Of a DNA stretch of 64,000 bases, positions 19,405-30,493 are shown one piece after another (positions within the stretch are counted from its first letter, which is position 1; every line of letters begins with the position of its first letter). Made by a program: the position numbers and the translations under genes. The stretch comes from Thermoanaerobaculia bacterium. Its GTDB lineage: Bacteria; Acidobacteriota; Thermoanaerobaculia; UBA5066. Under the pieces are notes generated by a model. The model saw only the letters and a program-made list of their open reading frames with translations. It did not search any database and was not told the DNA's origin. The stretch covers positions 128,001 through 192,000 of the forward strand of contig CAWFJJ010000005.1 of the NCBI GenBank assembly GCA_963816185.1, in the 5' to 3' direction.

Positions 19405-19439
19405 CCCTCGCCACAGAGGAACTTCGAACGCGCGCCGTC
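19405..19439 (+). repeat. 35-bp direct repeat, copy 2
   Basis: CCCTCGCCacaGAgGAACTTCGAACGCGCGCCGTC, 4 bp after the stop codon of the repeat protein. Confidence 0.85.
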
Positions 19440-19561
19440 CGCTGAGATACGCGAAGCGCACGACGTCAACCTTCTGAGCCTTTGCACTCAGGGGCAGGTC
19501 ACGGGTTTTCCGAGCTGTAACAGGATGGAATACGATTCGCGGAAGGCGCGGAGGCGCTTCA

Positions 19562-20056
19562 ATGGTCACGCGACTCGGCCGGCTCGCAGCGACGGCATTC
19601 GTTGCCATTGTCGCGTCCATGGCAGTCGCCCGGTGTGGCGGGACTCATCTACCGACCGAACCGGCAGCAGTCACCACGACTCCGACCCCGCCGTCCGCTC
19701 CGTCGCCTACGTCCACCCCCTCCTCGCCGACCCCGACACCCGCACCGGGGAATGGTGCGGTTTTCGGATACGTCAGCACGATCTCGGACTTGACGCAGCA
19801 CGCCTTGTCGGGTGTTCGTCTCAGGCTGCATCAGGACGGCACGGCGGATCAGGTCGAGAATTCCGGCAGCTTGGACGGCTATTACGCTTTCTGTTGCCTG
19901 CGCGCTGGCTCGGCTGTCATGACCGCGACGCTCGAGGGCTATCAGACCTTCAAGGCGACGATCACAGTTGGGGAGACCCCGGTTCGATACGACATCCAGA
20001 TGACTCCAAGTTTCGGAGCGCCATTACCTCCCCCGATCCGCTGGCCTGTCGAATAG
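19562..20056 (+). CDS. Putative exported/lipoprotein with Pro/Thr linker and carboxypeptidase-regulatory-like beta-sandwich
   Basis: Hydrophobic N-terminus ending ..AVARCGG, TPTPPSAPSPTSTP linker, DGYY..., LEGYQT..YDIQMTP pattern. Confidence 0.6.
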   Translation: MVTRLGRLAATAFVAIVASMAVARCGGTHLPTEPAAVTTTPTPPSAPSPTSTPSSPTPTPAPGNGAVFGYVSTISDLTQHALSGVRLRLHQDGTADQVENSGSLDGYYAFCCLRAGSAVMTATLEGYQTFKATITVGETPVRYDIQMTPSFGAPLPPPIRWPVE

Positions 20057-20088
20057 TTGGGTGGAGCTCCGGGGCAGGCCGCGCGGAT

Positions 20089-20574
20089 TCAGTTCTTGAA
20101 GGGGACCTGGATGACGATCCAGGTCTTCACCTTGTGACCGTCCTTCGTGGCGGGTTTCCAGCGCCACTGCTCGAGCGCGCTCTTGCTCGCGTCGCCGAGA
20201 CCCACCTTCGGAGCCGTGTCGCGCAGGACATCCACCTTCTCGGGCGTGCCGCTCGCGTCCACGAGGACGCGCAGGAGGACGGTCCCGGAGACGTGAGCCC
20301 GAATCGCGATGCTCGTCGCCTGGGGAGCCACCTGTTTCTGGGCCACCGGGGGCGTGTCGAGGAGCTCCGTATCCACGAAGTCGCCGTCCTTCGTGTCGGA
20401 CGTCGGCGCCACGGCCGAGGCGGCCGAAGACGCAGCGGCGCCCGGCTTTGTCGCCGCCGTCTTTCCTGGATCTGGAGCGGCCTCACATACGAATGCGGCG
20501 GCGAAGAACACGGGAAGAACGCCCGCGATGCAGCGCACGGCGAGGGAGTCAGCGAGCAGGATCTTGTTTCGCAC
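20089..20574 (-). CDS. Short TonB C-terminal domain protein
   Basis: GTVLLRVLVDASG...ALEQWRWKPATKDGHKV..WI..QVPF is typical of TonB_C; N-terminal hydrophobic segment and Ala/Pro linker. Confidence 0.8.
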   Translation of the reverse strand: MRNKILLADSLAVRCIAGVLPVFFAAAFVCEAAPDPGKTAATKPGAAASSAASAVAPTSDTKDGDFVDTELLDTPPVAQKQVAPQATSIAIRAHVSGTVLLRVLVDASGTPEKVDVLRDTAPKVGLGDASKSALEQWRWKPATKDGHKVKTWIVIQVPFKN

Positions 20575-20616
20575 GATCTATCGGCCTCCCGAAATCAGTC
20601 TTCGGCAGAGTTACAG

Positions 20617-20632
20617 CGCACTCTCCGTGCCA
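20617..20632 (-). promoter_or_regulatory. Candidate sigma54 (-24/-12) promoter of the TonB-C gene
   Basis: Minus strand TGGCACGGAGAGTGCG (GG-N10-GC), about 45 bp upstream of the start. Confidence 0.5.
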
Positions 20633-20910
20633 CAGGAAAGAAGAATCGCCCCGGAGGGACAGGTTCGCCGGAATCAAGGAATTAGCCGTTTCTCACGCTC
20701 GCGGGACTCACCCTCTTCGGAGGGAAAGTGGTGTCGGAAATTCCGGCTGCCGGAGAATCAGACAGCGAGTCCCCCTCCTTCGACATTAGTAAGTCTGCTC
20801 GGACCCAACGGCTCGGCACGTCCGCCGTCCGTTTCCGTTCCGTGACACGGATGAGCGGATCCGGTAACGTGTCGATGAGGTTTCGTGCGGGCGCTTGGGC
20901 CGGGGCGGAG

Positions 20911-20926
20911 CGGTATCGACCTTGCG
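20911..20926 (+). promoter_or_regulatory. Candidate sigma54 promoter of the TSUP/dikinase operon
   Basis: CGGTATCGACCTTGCG (GG-N10-GC with TTGC), just upstream of an AGGAG RBS and ATG 20949. Confidence 0.45.
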
Positions 20927-20948
20927 TCCGGGGGGGTAGGAGCCACGC

Positions 20949-21782
20949 ATGCCGATCGTCACCGTTTCCCGTGGAACCATGAGCGGCGGGACCGCTCTCG
21001 CAGAGTGCGCGGCGAAGGCGTTGGGATCCCCTTGTCTCGCCCGCGAGGTCCTCGTGTCCGCTGCGACCGCGCTGGGAGTGTCCGAGCAGTTCCTCAAGGA
21101 GAGGATCGAGCGTGCGCCTGGCCTCTGGGAGCGCCTCGGAGCCGAGCGAAAGACGTATGTCCTCGCGGTTCAGGCGGCCCTCGCCGAGCACGTGGCAAAA
21201 GGGGACGCCGTCTACCACGGGCTCGCCGGACATCTCCTCCTGAGGGACATCCCGCAGGTGATTCGTCTTCGTCTCATCGCGCCGCTCGAGACCAGGGTCC
21301 GCGCCCTCATGGAGCAGCGCGGGATGACGCGTGACGGGGCGGAGAAGTTCATCGCCCAGGTCGACCAGCAGCGAGCGCGGTGGACCCGTCTCATGTACAA
21401 CGCCGACATCGAGGATCCGCGGCTCTACGACCTCGTGATCAACCTCGACAAGACGTCTCTCGAATCCGCCTGCGCCGTCGTCGTGACGATGGCGCGGCGG
21501 CCCGAGTTCACGATCGACGACGCGGCGCGCGCCGGGATCGCGGATTTCGCTCTCGCGTGCAAGGTCCGCCTGGCCCTCGCCGTTCAGCCGGCCAGCCGGG
21601 GTCTCGAGCTGGAGGTGACCTCTCGATCGGGCGTCGTGACTCTTGCCGGGAAGGTCCCCAAGCCAGACATGCTGACTCACGCGAGCGACCGGTGGATCGG
21701 CGAGCTGCGAAAGGTGGTGGAAGAGGTCCCCGGAGTCAAGAAAGTCGTCCTCGACGTCAACCTCGTCAGCGCATACACCTGA
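20949..21782 (+). CDS. Cytidylate-kinase-like (Cytidylate_kin2) protein with C-terminal BON domain
   Basis: IVTVSRGTMSGGT degenerate P-loop, VYHGLAGH, RLIAPLETRV, DPRLYDLVIN; C-terminal LEVTSRSGVVTLAG..VPGVKKV BON pattern. Confidence 0.85.
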   Translation: MPIVTVSRGTMSGGTALAECAAKALGSPCLAREVLVSAATALGVSEQFLKERIERAPGLWERLGAERKTYVLAVQAALAEHVAKGDAVYHGLAGHLLLRDIPQVIRLRLIAPLETRVRALMEQRGMTRDGAEKFIAQVDQQRARWTRLMYNADIEDPRLYDLVINLDKTSLESACAVVVTMARRPEFTIDDAARAGIADFALACKVRLALAVQPASRGLELEVTSRSGVVTLAGKVPKPDMLTHASDRWIGELRKVVEEVPGVKKVVLDVNLVSAYT

Positions 21783-21796
21783 AGGAGGAACCCGAT

Positions 21797-21985
21797 ATGG
21801 ACTTCCTCGGCTGGCTGCAGGATCTCGGGAAGGACGCGAGCCCGGCGCCGGGATTCCAGGCGCGGCCGCTCTATCTCCTCGTCTCGGTCGCGCTCCCCGT
21901 GACGCTGGGCCTTTTCGTGGGCTTTTCCCTGAGGCTCGTCGAGCGGCTCCTCGGAGTGGAGCTCGGCAAGCGAGCGGGTCACTGA
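21797..21985 (+). CDS. Small (62 aa) single-TM membrane protein
   Basis: AAGGAGG RBS, MDFLGWLQDLGK...LYLLVSVALPVTLGLFVGF...GKRAGH; its stop overlaps the TSUP start (TGATG). Confidence 0.75.
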   Translation: MDFLGWLQDLGKDASPAPGFQARPLYLLVSVALPVTLGLFVGFSLRLVERLLGVELGKRAGH

Positions 21986-22920
21986 TGGATGCCGGCAGCT
22001 TCTCGCTGGGCGCGCACTCCTTTCCGTTTCTCGCTCTCTTCGGCCTCGTGATCGGCGGGCTCGGCGGGTTCTTCGGGGTGGGCGGCGGCTTCCTCATGGT
22101 CCCGATGCTCAACGTCGTCTTCGGCGTTCCGTACAACATCGCCGTCGGGTCGGACCTGGGCCAGATGTGCGGAATGTCCGCCGCCGCGACGGTCCGCCAC
22201 TCGCGGTTTGGCAACATCGACTTCAAGCTCGGCTTCCTGATGATCGTGGGAACCGCAACCGGGGTCGAGCTCGGCGCCCAGGTGCTGGAGGTCCTCAAGA
22301 AGGTCGGCACCCTCTCGGTCTTCGGGCGCGAGATCGACGTGCTGACCGTCGTGATGAGCCTCGTCTACGCGCTCCTCCTCGTGTTTCTCGGTCAGGCGAT
22401 GGTGCGCGAGTCGCTGCGCACGATGCGGCGCGCCGCGGGGCAGGTGCAGCTCGGCGCCGAGGAGCCGGCGCCTTCCGCGGTCGTGAGGCTCCGGACCCTG
22501 AAGCTCTGGCCGATGGTGAGCCTGCCCGCGTCGGGAATCGAGTCGATCTCGCTTTGGATCATCCTCGGCATCGGCTTCGCCACCGGCTTCCTCTCCGGCA
22601 TGCTGGGAGTGGGCGGAGGCTTCATTCGGATGCCGGCGCTCGTCTACATCCTCGGCTGTCCGACCGTCGTGGCGGTCGGGACAGACCTGTTCGAGATCAT
22701 GTTCAGCTCCGGCTACGGCGTCCTGACGCATGCCTTCAAAGGAAACGTGCACCTCGTGCTCGTTCTCGCGCTCCTGATCGGAACCACGGTGGGCGCCCAG
22801 CTCGGGGCCTCGTATACGCGCCGGGCCGGTGGCCCCTGGGTCCGCTTCGGGTTCGGCTGTCTCGCCTTCGTGGGCGTGATCATGGTCGCCATCAAGCTCT
22901 ACGCGAAACTCCTCCGTTAA
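21985..22920 (+). CDS. TauE/SafE (TSUP) family sulfur-compound transporter
   Basis: Two repeats of GxxGVGGGF..VP/MP, AVGSDL/AVGTDL, GNIDFKLG; multiple TM helices. Confidence 0.93.
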   Translation: MDAGSFSLGAHSFPFLALFGLVIGGLGGFFGVGGGFLMVPMLNVVFGVPYNIAVGSDLGQMCGMSAAATVRHSRFGNIDFKLGFLMIVGTATGVELGAQVLEVLKKVGTLSVFGREIDVLTVVMSLVYALLLVFLGQAMVRESLRTMRRAAGQVQLGAEEPAPSAVVRLRTLKLWPMVSLPASGIESISLWIILGIGFATGFLSGMLGVGGGFIRMPALVYILGCPTVVAVGTDLFEIMFSSGYGVLTHAFKGNVHLVLVLALLIGTTVGAQLGASYTRRAGGPWVRFGFGCLAFVGVIMVAIKLYAKLLR

Positions 22921-22924
22921 GACC

Positions 22925-25498
22925 GTGAGCGGGTTCTGGCCCCGCATCGCCCGCCATCTCACGCCGCGAGGGCGCCGTCTGCTCCCTTCCTCCGCGGCGG
23001 AGAGGTTTACATGCTTGAGGGCGATCGGAGCCGCCAACGACACGTTCCTTTCCGAGCTCGCGCGATGCCAGGAGGCCGCAGAGGGAGAAGCCCCTCTCAG
23101 CCTCGGAGCCGTCGCCGACGCCTACGAGGCCCTCTCGGCCCCTGTCGGCACGATGGTGCGCGCCCTGATGGCCATGAGCGCCGGGCGATATGCCGACCTC
23201 GGCCCGCGCCACGAGGCGCTCGATCGAGAGCTGGCTTTGGAGGCTTTCCAGGCCCGCCCAGTCCAGTTCGGCCCGCTCGTCGTCTGGTCGAACGACCCCG
23301 AAGCTTGCCAACCCAGCGTCGCGGGACCCAAGGCCGCGCGCCTCGCGCAGCTCGTCGCAACCGGCGAGTTCGACATTCCCCCTTTCTTCGCCGTCACCGC
23401 GCACGGCTTCCGCCTCTTCATGGAGGCGAGCGGGGTCCAGGACGTCGTGAACGAGGCCCGCGCGACGACGGACTTGAACGACGCCGCGAGTCTCTCGCGC
23501 TTCTCGGACCGCGCCTTCGCCGCCGTTCTCGCCGCGCCTTTGCCGGCGTCCCTCGAGCGCGAGATCGAGAAAGCCATGCGCGCAATCGGCGAGGAGATCG
23601 GCGGCGAGGTCCGGGTGGCGGTCCGCTCCTCGGCCGTGGTCGAGGACACCACGTCGTCCTTCGCGGGCCAGTTCGAGTCGGTTCTCAACGTTCCTCCGGC
23701 CGGCGTCGCCGCCGCCTACCGGCACGTGATCGCCAGCAAGTTCCAGGTCGAGGCTCTTCGGTACGCCCTCGCGCGCGGCTTCGTCGACGAGCAGGTGACG
23801 ATGCCGGTCCTGTTCATGGCGATGATCATGCCCAAATCGAGCGGCATTGCCTACTCCCGGAACCCCGGCAGCCCGTGGTGCGCCACGATCACGGCAGTTC
23901 CGGGCCTCGCCCAAACGATCGCGGATGGCCGGGGGATCCCCGATGTCTACCAGGTCGTCGACGCGGAGCCGCCCCGCATCGAGGAAGTGGTTCCGGGCTC
24001 GCGGCCGCCGACTCTTCTTTGCGCCGCCGAAGGAGGCCTCGAGGAAGAGCCGGAAGATCGCGGCGCCGGGGCGAGGCTCGCCCTGGACGAGGAGGAAGCG
24101 TGCCGCGTCGCGCGACTCGCCTGGAGCCTGGAGAGACGCTTCGGGGAGCCCCAGGACGTGGAGTGGGCTCTCGACCAATCCGGTCGCCTCTACGTCGTGC
24201 AGACCCGTTCGCTCCGTCTCCCCGCCTCCGTGCCCAGCGGCGAACGAGATCCGATCCCGGCGGGATACCGGGTGCTCATGCGCGGCGGCTCGCGGGCCAG
24301 CGGCGGCGTTGCCGCCGGGCCGGTCGTCAAGCTGGCCGATTCCACCGCTCCGGGGGAGGTCCCCGACGGCTGCATCCTGCTCGTCCCCACGACGTCCCCG
24401 CGCCTGGCAGCCGTCATGGGCTCGGTGGCGGGCGTGATCGCGGGCACGGGAAGCGCGACGGGTCACATGGCGACCGTCGCGCGGGAGTTTGGCGTGCCTT
24501 GCCTCGTGGGAGCCGGAGCTTCCGTCGCGGCGCTCTCCGAAGGGGAGATCGTGACCCTGGATGCCGACGCCAGGATGGTCTTCGAGGGTGTGGTTGCGGA
24601 ACGGATTCGAAAAGAGCCGAGGGGGGCAGCGCCTCGTCGCCGCGACCCGGTCCGCGAGAACGTTCTCCGACTCCTGGGGCGTGTCGCGCCCCTCACCCTG
24701 ACGAACCCGGAGGCGCCCTCCTTCGACCCGGAGCACTGCGTCACCCTCCACGACGTGGCGCGTTTCGTCCACCAGCGCGCGATGGCCGAGATGTTCGCCG
24801 TCGAGGCGCTCACGCCGGCCGAGAGGCGCGCGTGCCGGAGGCTGAGCTGGCCCCGGCCCATGGAGATCCTCGTGCTCGACCTCGGGGGCGCGGTCTCCCG
24901 GGCGGGCCGCACGGTCTCGCTCGAGGCCCTGACCTCGGTGCCGTTCTCGGCCCTCCTGGAAGGGATGATGGACTCGCGGCTGCGGTGGGCCGGACCCGTC
25001 GGGTTCGACCTCAAAGGATTCGTCTCCGTAGTCGTCCGGAGCGCCGCCGACGATCAGCGCTACGGTGAACCAAGCTACGCGCTTTGCTCGGCCGATTACG
25101 TCCACTTCGCGTCCCGCCTCGCGTACCACTTCGCGACCGTGGAGGCCATCTGCGGGGCGTCGCCGAACGAGAACTACGTCCGCTTCCGCTTTCAAGGAGG
25201 CGCGGCCGTGGCGGAGCGGCGCGAATGGCGCGCGAGCTTCCTCGCTTGCGTCCTCAAGGTCAACGGGTTCACCGTGCGCCAGGTGGGCGACCGGGTGGAT
25301 GCGATCCTCCCCAAGCGGCCGAGGGAAGAGCTCGAAGACGCCCTCGTCATGCTGGGGCGGCTGATGGTGGCCTCACGCCATCTCGACATGGTCATCGAAA
25401 GTCCGGCGGTCGCCGCCGCGCTCTCGCAAGCGTTCCTGACGGGCGACTACAGTTTCGAGAAGGTGCGCCGCGAATCCCAGGGGAGATGGCCTTCTTGA
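22925..25498 (+). CDS. PEP-synthase/PPDK-like dikinase 1 (ATP-grasp + phospho-His swivel + uncharacterised C-terminal domain)
   Basis: GPKAARL, RSSAVVED..SFAGQF, QDVEWA..VQTR, GSATGHMATVAREFGVP. Confidence 0.88.
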   Translation: MSGFWPRIARHLTPRGRRLLPSSAAERFTCLRAIGAANDTFLSELARCQEAAEGEAPLSLGAVADAYEALSAPVGTMVRALMAMSAGRYADLGPRHEALDRELALEAFQARPVQFGPLVVWSNDPEACQPSVAGPKAARLAQLVATGEFDIPPFFAVTAHGFRLFMEASGVQDVVNEARATTDLNDAASLSRFSDRAFAAVLAAPLPASLEREIEKAMRAIGEEIGGEVRVAVRSSAVVEDTTSSFAGQFESVLNVPPAGVAAAYRHVIASKFQVEALRYALARGFVDEQVTMPVLFMAMIMPKSSGIAYSRNPGSPWCATITAVPGLAQTIADGRGIPDVYQVVDAEPPRIEEVVPGSRPPTLLCAAEGGLEEEPEDRGAGARLALDEEEACRVARLAWSLERRFGEPQDVEWALDQSGRLYVVQTRSLRLPASVPSGERDPIPAGYRVLMRGGSRASGGVAAGPVVKLADSTAPGEVPDGCILLVPTTSPRLAAVMGSVAGVIAGTGSATGHMATVAREFGVPCLVGAGASVAALSEGEIVTLDADARMVFEGVVAERIRKEPRGAAPRRRDPVRENVLRLLGRVAPLTLTNPEAPSFDPEHCVTLHDVARFVHQRAMAEMFAVEALTPAERRACRRLSWPRPMEILVLDLGGAVSRAGRTVSLEALTSVPFSALLEGMMDSRLRWAGPVGFDLKGFVSVVVRSAADDQRYGEPSYALCSADYVHFASRLAYHFATVEAICGASPNENYVRFRFQGGAAVAERREWRASFLACVLKVNGFTVRQVGDRVDAILPKRPREELEDALVMLGRLMVASRHLDMVIESPAVAAALSQAFLTGDYSFEKVRRESQGRWPS

Positions 25499-28062
25499 GG
25501 TCGATCTTCAACCTCGGGTCCGGCTCTCCCGGTGAGCTCCTCCGCCGCAAGTACACGAGCTTCCGGCGCCTTCTCGCGACGAACAACGAGATCCTCGAGC
25601 GGATCGCGGACCTCGAGGGAACCCTGGCCGCCGACCAGCCGATCCCCAACGACGAGCTCCTCGCGATCGCCCAGGCCGTCCGGGAGCGTGCCCTCCTGAT
25701 CGTGGAGGATCTCGACGTCATCGCCGAGGGCCGCTATCGCTCCCTGCGGGGGAACGTGGAGCGGATTGCCGCGGGGATCGAAGAGGCGCTCCGAAGCGTA
25801 CAGGGAACCCCGGTGACCGCCGCCTGCCTTCCGCTGGAGGGGCTGGATCGGCGGATGGCCGACGTCGTGGGGGGAAAGACCGCCAACCTCGGAGAGGTTC
25901 GCAACGTCGTCGGGTTGCCTGTTCCTCCTGGCTTCGCGATCACCGCCTTTGCATACCGGTCGTTCGTCTCCGGAGCGGGGATTCAGGAGCGCCTCACCGA
26001 GCTCTGGCGCGGTGTGGACTGGGATGACCTCCGGAACGTCCACAGGGCCGCCGACCAGATGCAGGCGCTCGTCCTCGGAGCCGAGATCCCGCAGGACGTG
26101 CGGGAGTCGATCACTCTTTCGGCACACGACCTCTATCGGCTCTCGTCGGGGCGTCCACGCGTCTCGATGCGCTCCTCCGCGATCGGCGAGGACAGCCGTA
26201 CCTCTTTCGCCGGCCAGTACGCGAGCTTCCTCAACGTCCCCCTCGAGCAGGTTCTCCGCCGCTACAAGGAGACCGTGGCGAGCAAGTTCGGCGCCCGGGC
26301 GCTCTTCTACATGCACTCGAAGGGGCTTCGCGAGGGCGAGATCGCGATGAGCGTGGGCTGCTTTCTGATGATCGAGGCGCGCGCTGCCGGCGTCGGGTAC
26401 ACCGTCGACCCGAACGACCCCGACCGGGACATGATGACGGTCGCGGCCGTGTGGGGCCTCGGCAGGCCCGTCGTGGACGGTACGATGACGCCCGACGTCT
26501 ACCTCGTGCCCCGAAGCTCGCGGAGCGGCGCGGTGCAGCGGCAGGTCGTCGTCAAGCCGCGCCGGATCGTCTGCGGCCCCGACGAGGGAGTCGTGGAAGA
26601 GGACGTGCCGCCGGAGCTGCAGGATCGCCCCTGCCTCGACGACGCGCAGCTCGATCGGCTGGCCGGATACATGCGGGCCCTGGAGGCCCACTACCGCACC
26701 CCTCAGGACGTGGAGTGGGTCCTCGACATGCACGGCCGCTTGTTCATCGTCCAGACGCGCCCTCTCGCTCTCCCCGAGAGTCCGGCGCCCAGGCTTCCCA
26801 ATTCCCCGGAAGTAAATCGCGACTGCTTGCTCTTTTTCAAGGGGGCGACCGCATGCCCCGGGGTCGGCGTGGGACCGGTCGTCCACGCCGAAAGCGACGA
26901 GGAGCTCTCGCAGTTCCCGCTCGGAGGCGTCCTCGTCGCGAGCCAGAATTCGCCCCGATTCGTCAACGTCATGACGCGCGCGGCGGCCATCGTCACCGAC
27001 GTCGGAAGCGTCACAGGGCACATGGCGTCGCTGGCGAGAGAATACGGCGTCCCGACCCTGTGTAACGTCGGCGAGGCGACCCGGCTCCCGCCGGGGTTGG
27101 AAGTGACGGTAGACGCCACGGCCGGCGCCGTCTACAGGGGACGCGTCGAGGAGCTCGTCTCGCGGGGGCGCGTCCAGAGACGGACCCTCAGGAACCTCCC
27201 CTCGGCCGCCGTCCAGGAGCGCGTGACGGCGCGGATCGCACACCTGAACCTGACCGACCCCTCGAAGAACTCGTTTCGGGCCAAGAACTGCACGACGTAT
27301 CACGACGTCGTCCGGTTCTGCCATGAGATGGCAATTTCCGAGATGTTCCACGTCAACGATTACTCGGAGCTCCGCGAGCGGGGGATGGCGTTCCGGCTCG
27401 AGACGGACGTCCCGCTGGGGATCTACGTCATCGACCTCGGAGACGGGCTCACGGCTCCGCCGGGGGCGCGCGGCATCACCCCGGCCCAGATCGTCTCGGT
27501 CCCGATGCGCGCGCTCTGGCGCGGCATCACGGCGCGCGGCGTCCGGTGGGCCGGCGCGCGGCCCATCGACGTGGGAGGCTTCCTTTCCGCCATGGCCAGC
27601 ACCGTCGCGGACGGTGCGCGGGGCGAGCGGGGGCTCGGGGACAACTCGTACGCGATGGTGGGAGCGAACTACGTCAACTTCGGATCGCGCCTCGGCTATC
27701 ACTTCACGACGCTGGAGGCGGTCTGCGGAGAAAGCGTCCATGAGAACTACATCGTCTTTCGCTTCAAAGGGGGAGCCGCCGAGCTCCAGAGGCGCGAGCG
27801 CCGGGTCCGCTTCATCGCGGACGTCCTGTCCCACTACGGCTTCGAGGTGGACCGCCGCCGGGATCTCCTCAATGCCTGGGTGAAGAAGCTCGATCGCCCG
27901 GCCATCGAGACACGCCTCGAGGTCCTCGGGCGCCTGATGGGTTGCGTCCGCCAGCTCGACGTCCTGATGCACGCGGAGACCTCCGTCGGTCAGTGCGTCG
28001 AGGCGTTCCTCGCGGGCCGCTTCGAATTCTTCGACTTCGAAAAGGGCGGCCCGGGCCCATGA
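25486..28062 (+). CDS. PEP-synthase/PPDK-like dikinase 2 (paralog of the preceding gene)
   Basis: Start ATG 25486 (MAFLRSIF, overlapping the upstream gene end); GGKTANLGE, RSSAIGED..SFAGQY, QDVEW..VQTRPL, GSVTGHMASLAREYGVP. Confidence 0.88.
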   Translation: MAFLRSIFNLGSGSPGELLRRKYTSFRRLLATNNEILERIADLEGTLAADQPIPNDELLAIAQAVRERALLIVEDLDVIAEGRYRSLRGNVERIAAGIEEALRSVQGTPVTAACLPLEGLDRRMADVVGGKTANLGEVRNVVGLPVPPGFAITAFAYRSFVSGAGIQERLTELWRGVDWDDLRNVHRAADQMQALVLGAEIPQDVRESITLSAHDLYRLSSGRPRVSMRSSAIGEDSRTSFAGQYASFLNVPLEQVLRRYKETVASKFGARALFYMHSKGLREGEIAMSVGCFLMIEARAAGVGYTVDPNDPDRDMMTVAAVWGLGRPVVDGTMTPDVYLVPRSSRSGAVQRQVVVKPRRIVCGPDEGVVEEDVPPELQDRPCLDDAQLDRLAGYMRALEAHYRTPQDVEWVLDMHGRLFIVQTRPLALPESPAPRLPNSPEVNRDCLLFFKGATACPGVGVGPVVHAESDEELSQFPLGGVLVASQNSPRFVNVMTRAAAIVTDVGSVTGHMASLAREYGVPTLCNVGEATRLPPGLEVTVDATAGAVYRGRVEELVSRGRVQRRTLRNLPSAAVQERVTARIAHLNLTDPSKNSFRAKNCTTYHDVVRFCHEMAISEMFHVNDYSELRERGMAFRLETDVPLGIYVIDLGDGLTAPPGARGITPAQIVSVPMRALWRGITARGVRWAGARPIDVGGFLSAMASTVADGARGERGLGDNSYAMVGANYVNFGSRLGYHFTTLEAVCGESVHENYIVFRFKGGAAELQRRERRVRFIADVLSHYGFEVDRRRDLLNAWVKKLDRPAIETRLEVLGRLMGCVRQLDVLMHAETSVGQCVEAFLAGRFEFFDFEKGGPGP

Positions 28063-28093
28063 ATCGGCCGGCCCGGGGCCGGAAAGCTCTCTG

Positions 28094-28131
28094 AAAAGAA
28101 GGGAGCCCCGCCGAAACCGGCCGGGGCTCCC
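28094..28131 (-). terminator. Intrinsic terminator after hppA
   Basis: Stem GGGAGCCCCG/CGGGGCTCCC followed on the minus strand by TTCTTTT; lies between convergent genes. Confidence 0.7.
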
Positions 28132-28167
28132 GAGGATCTCTGCTCTTCTTCTCGAGCCGGTGCCGGA

Positions 28168-30408
<2,241 letters not shown>

Positions 30409-30493
30409 AACACTGTCTCTCCTCTCCTCATTCGAACTGGTGGTGTCTGTACCGTGTCACGAACCGGGCGGGTATGGCAATGGTGCGGCTCAA

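Noticed and set aside
15909-20600. Prophage or integrative element at tRNA-Arg
   Set aside because: No integrase, transposase or phage gene, and I saw no duplicated tRNA 3' end in the window; only the short direct repeat is supported.
22925-28062. Calling the two genes ppsA (PEP synthase)
   Set aside because: No recognisable pyruvate-binding barrel motifs, so the gene symbol was withheld.
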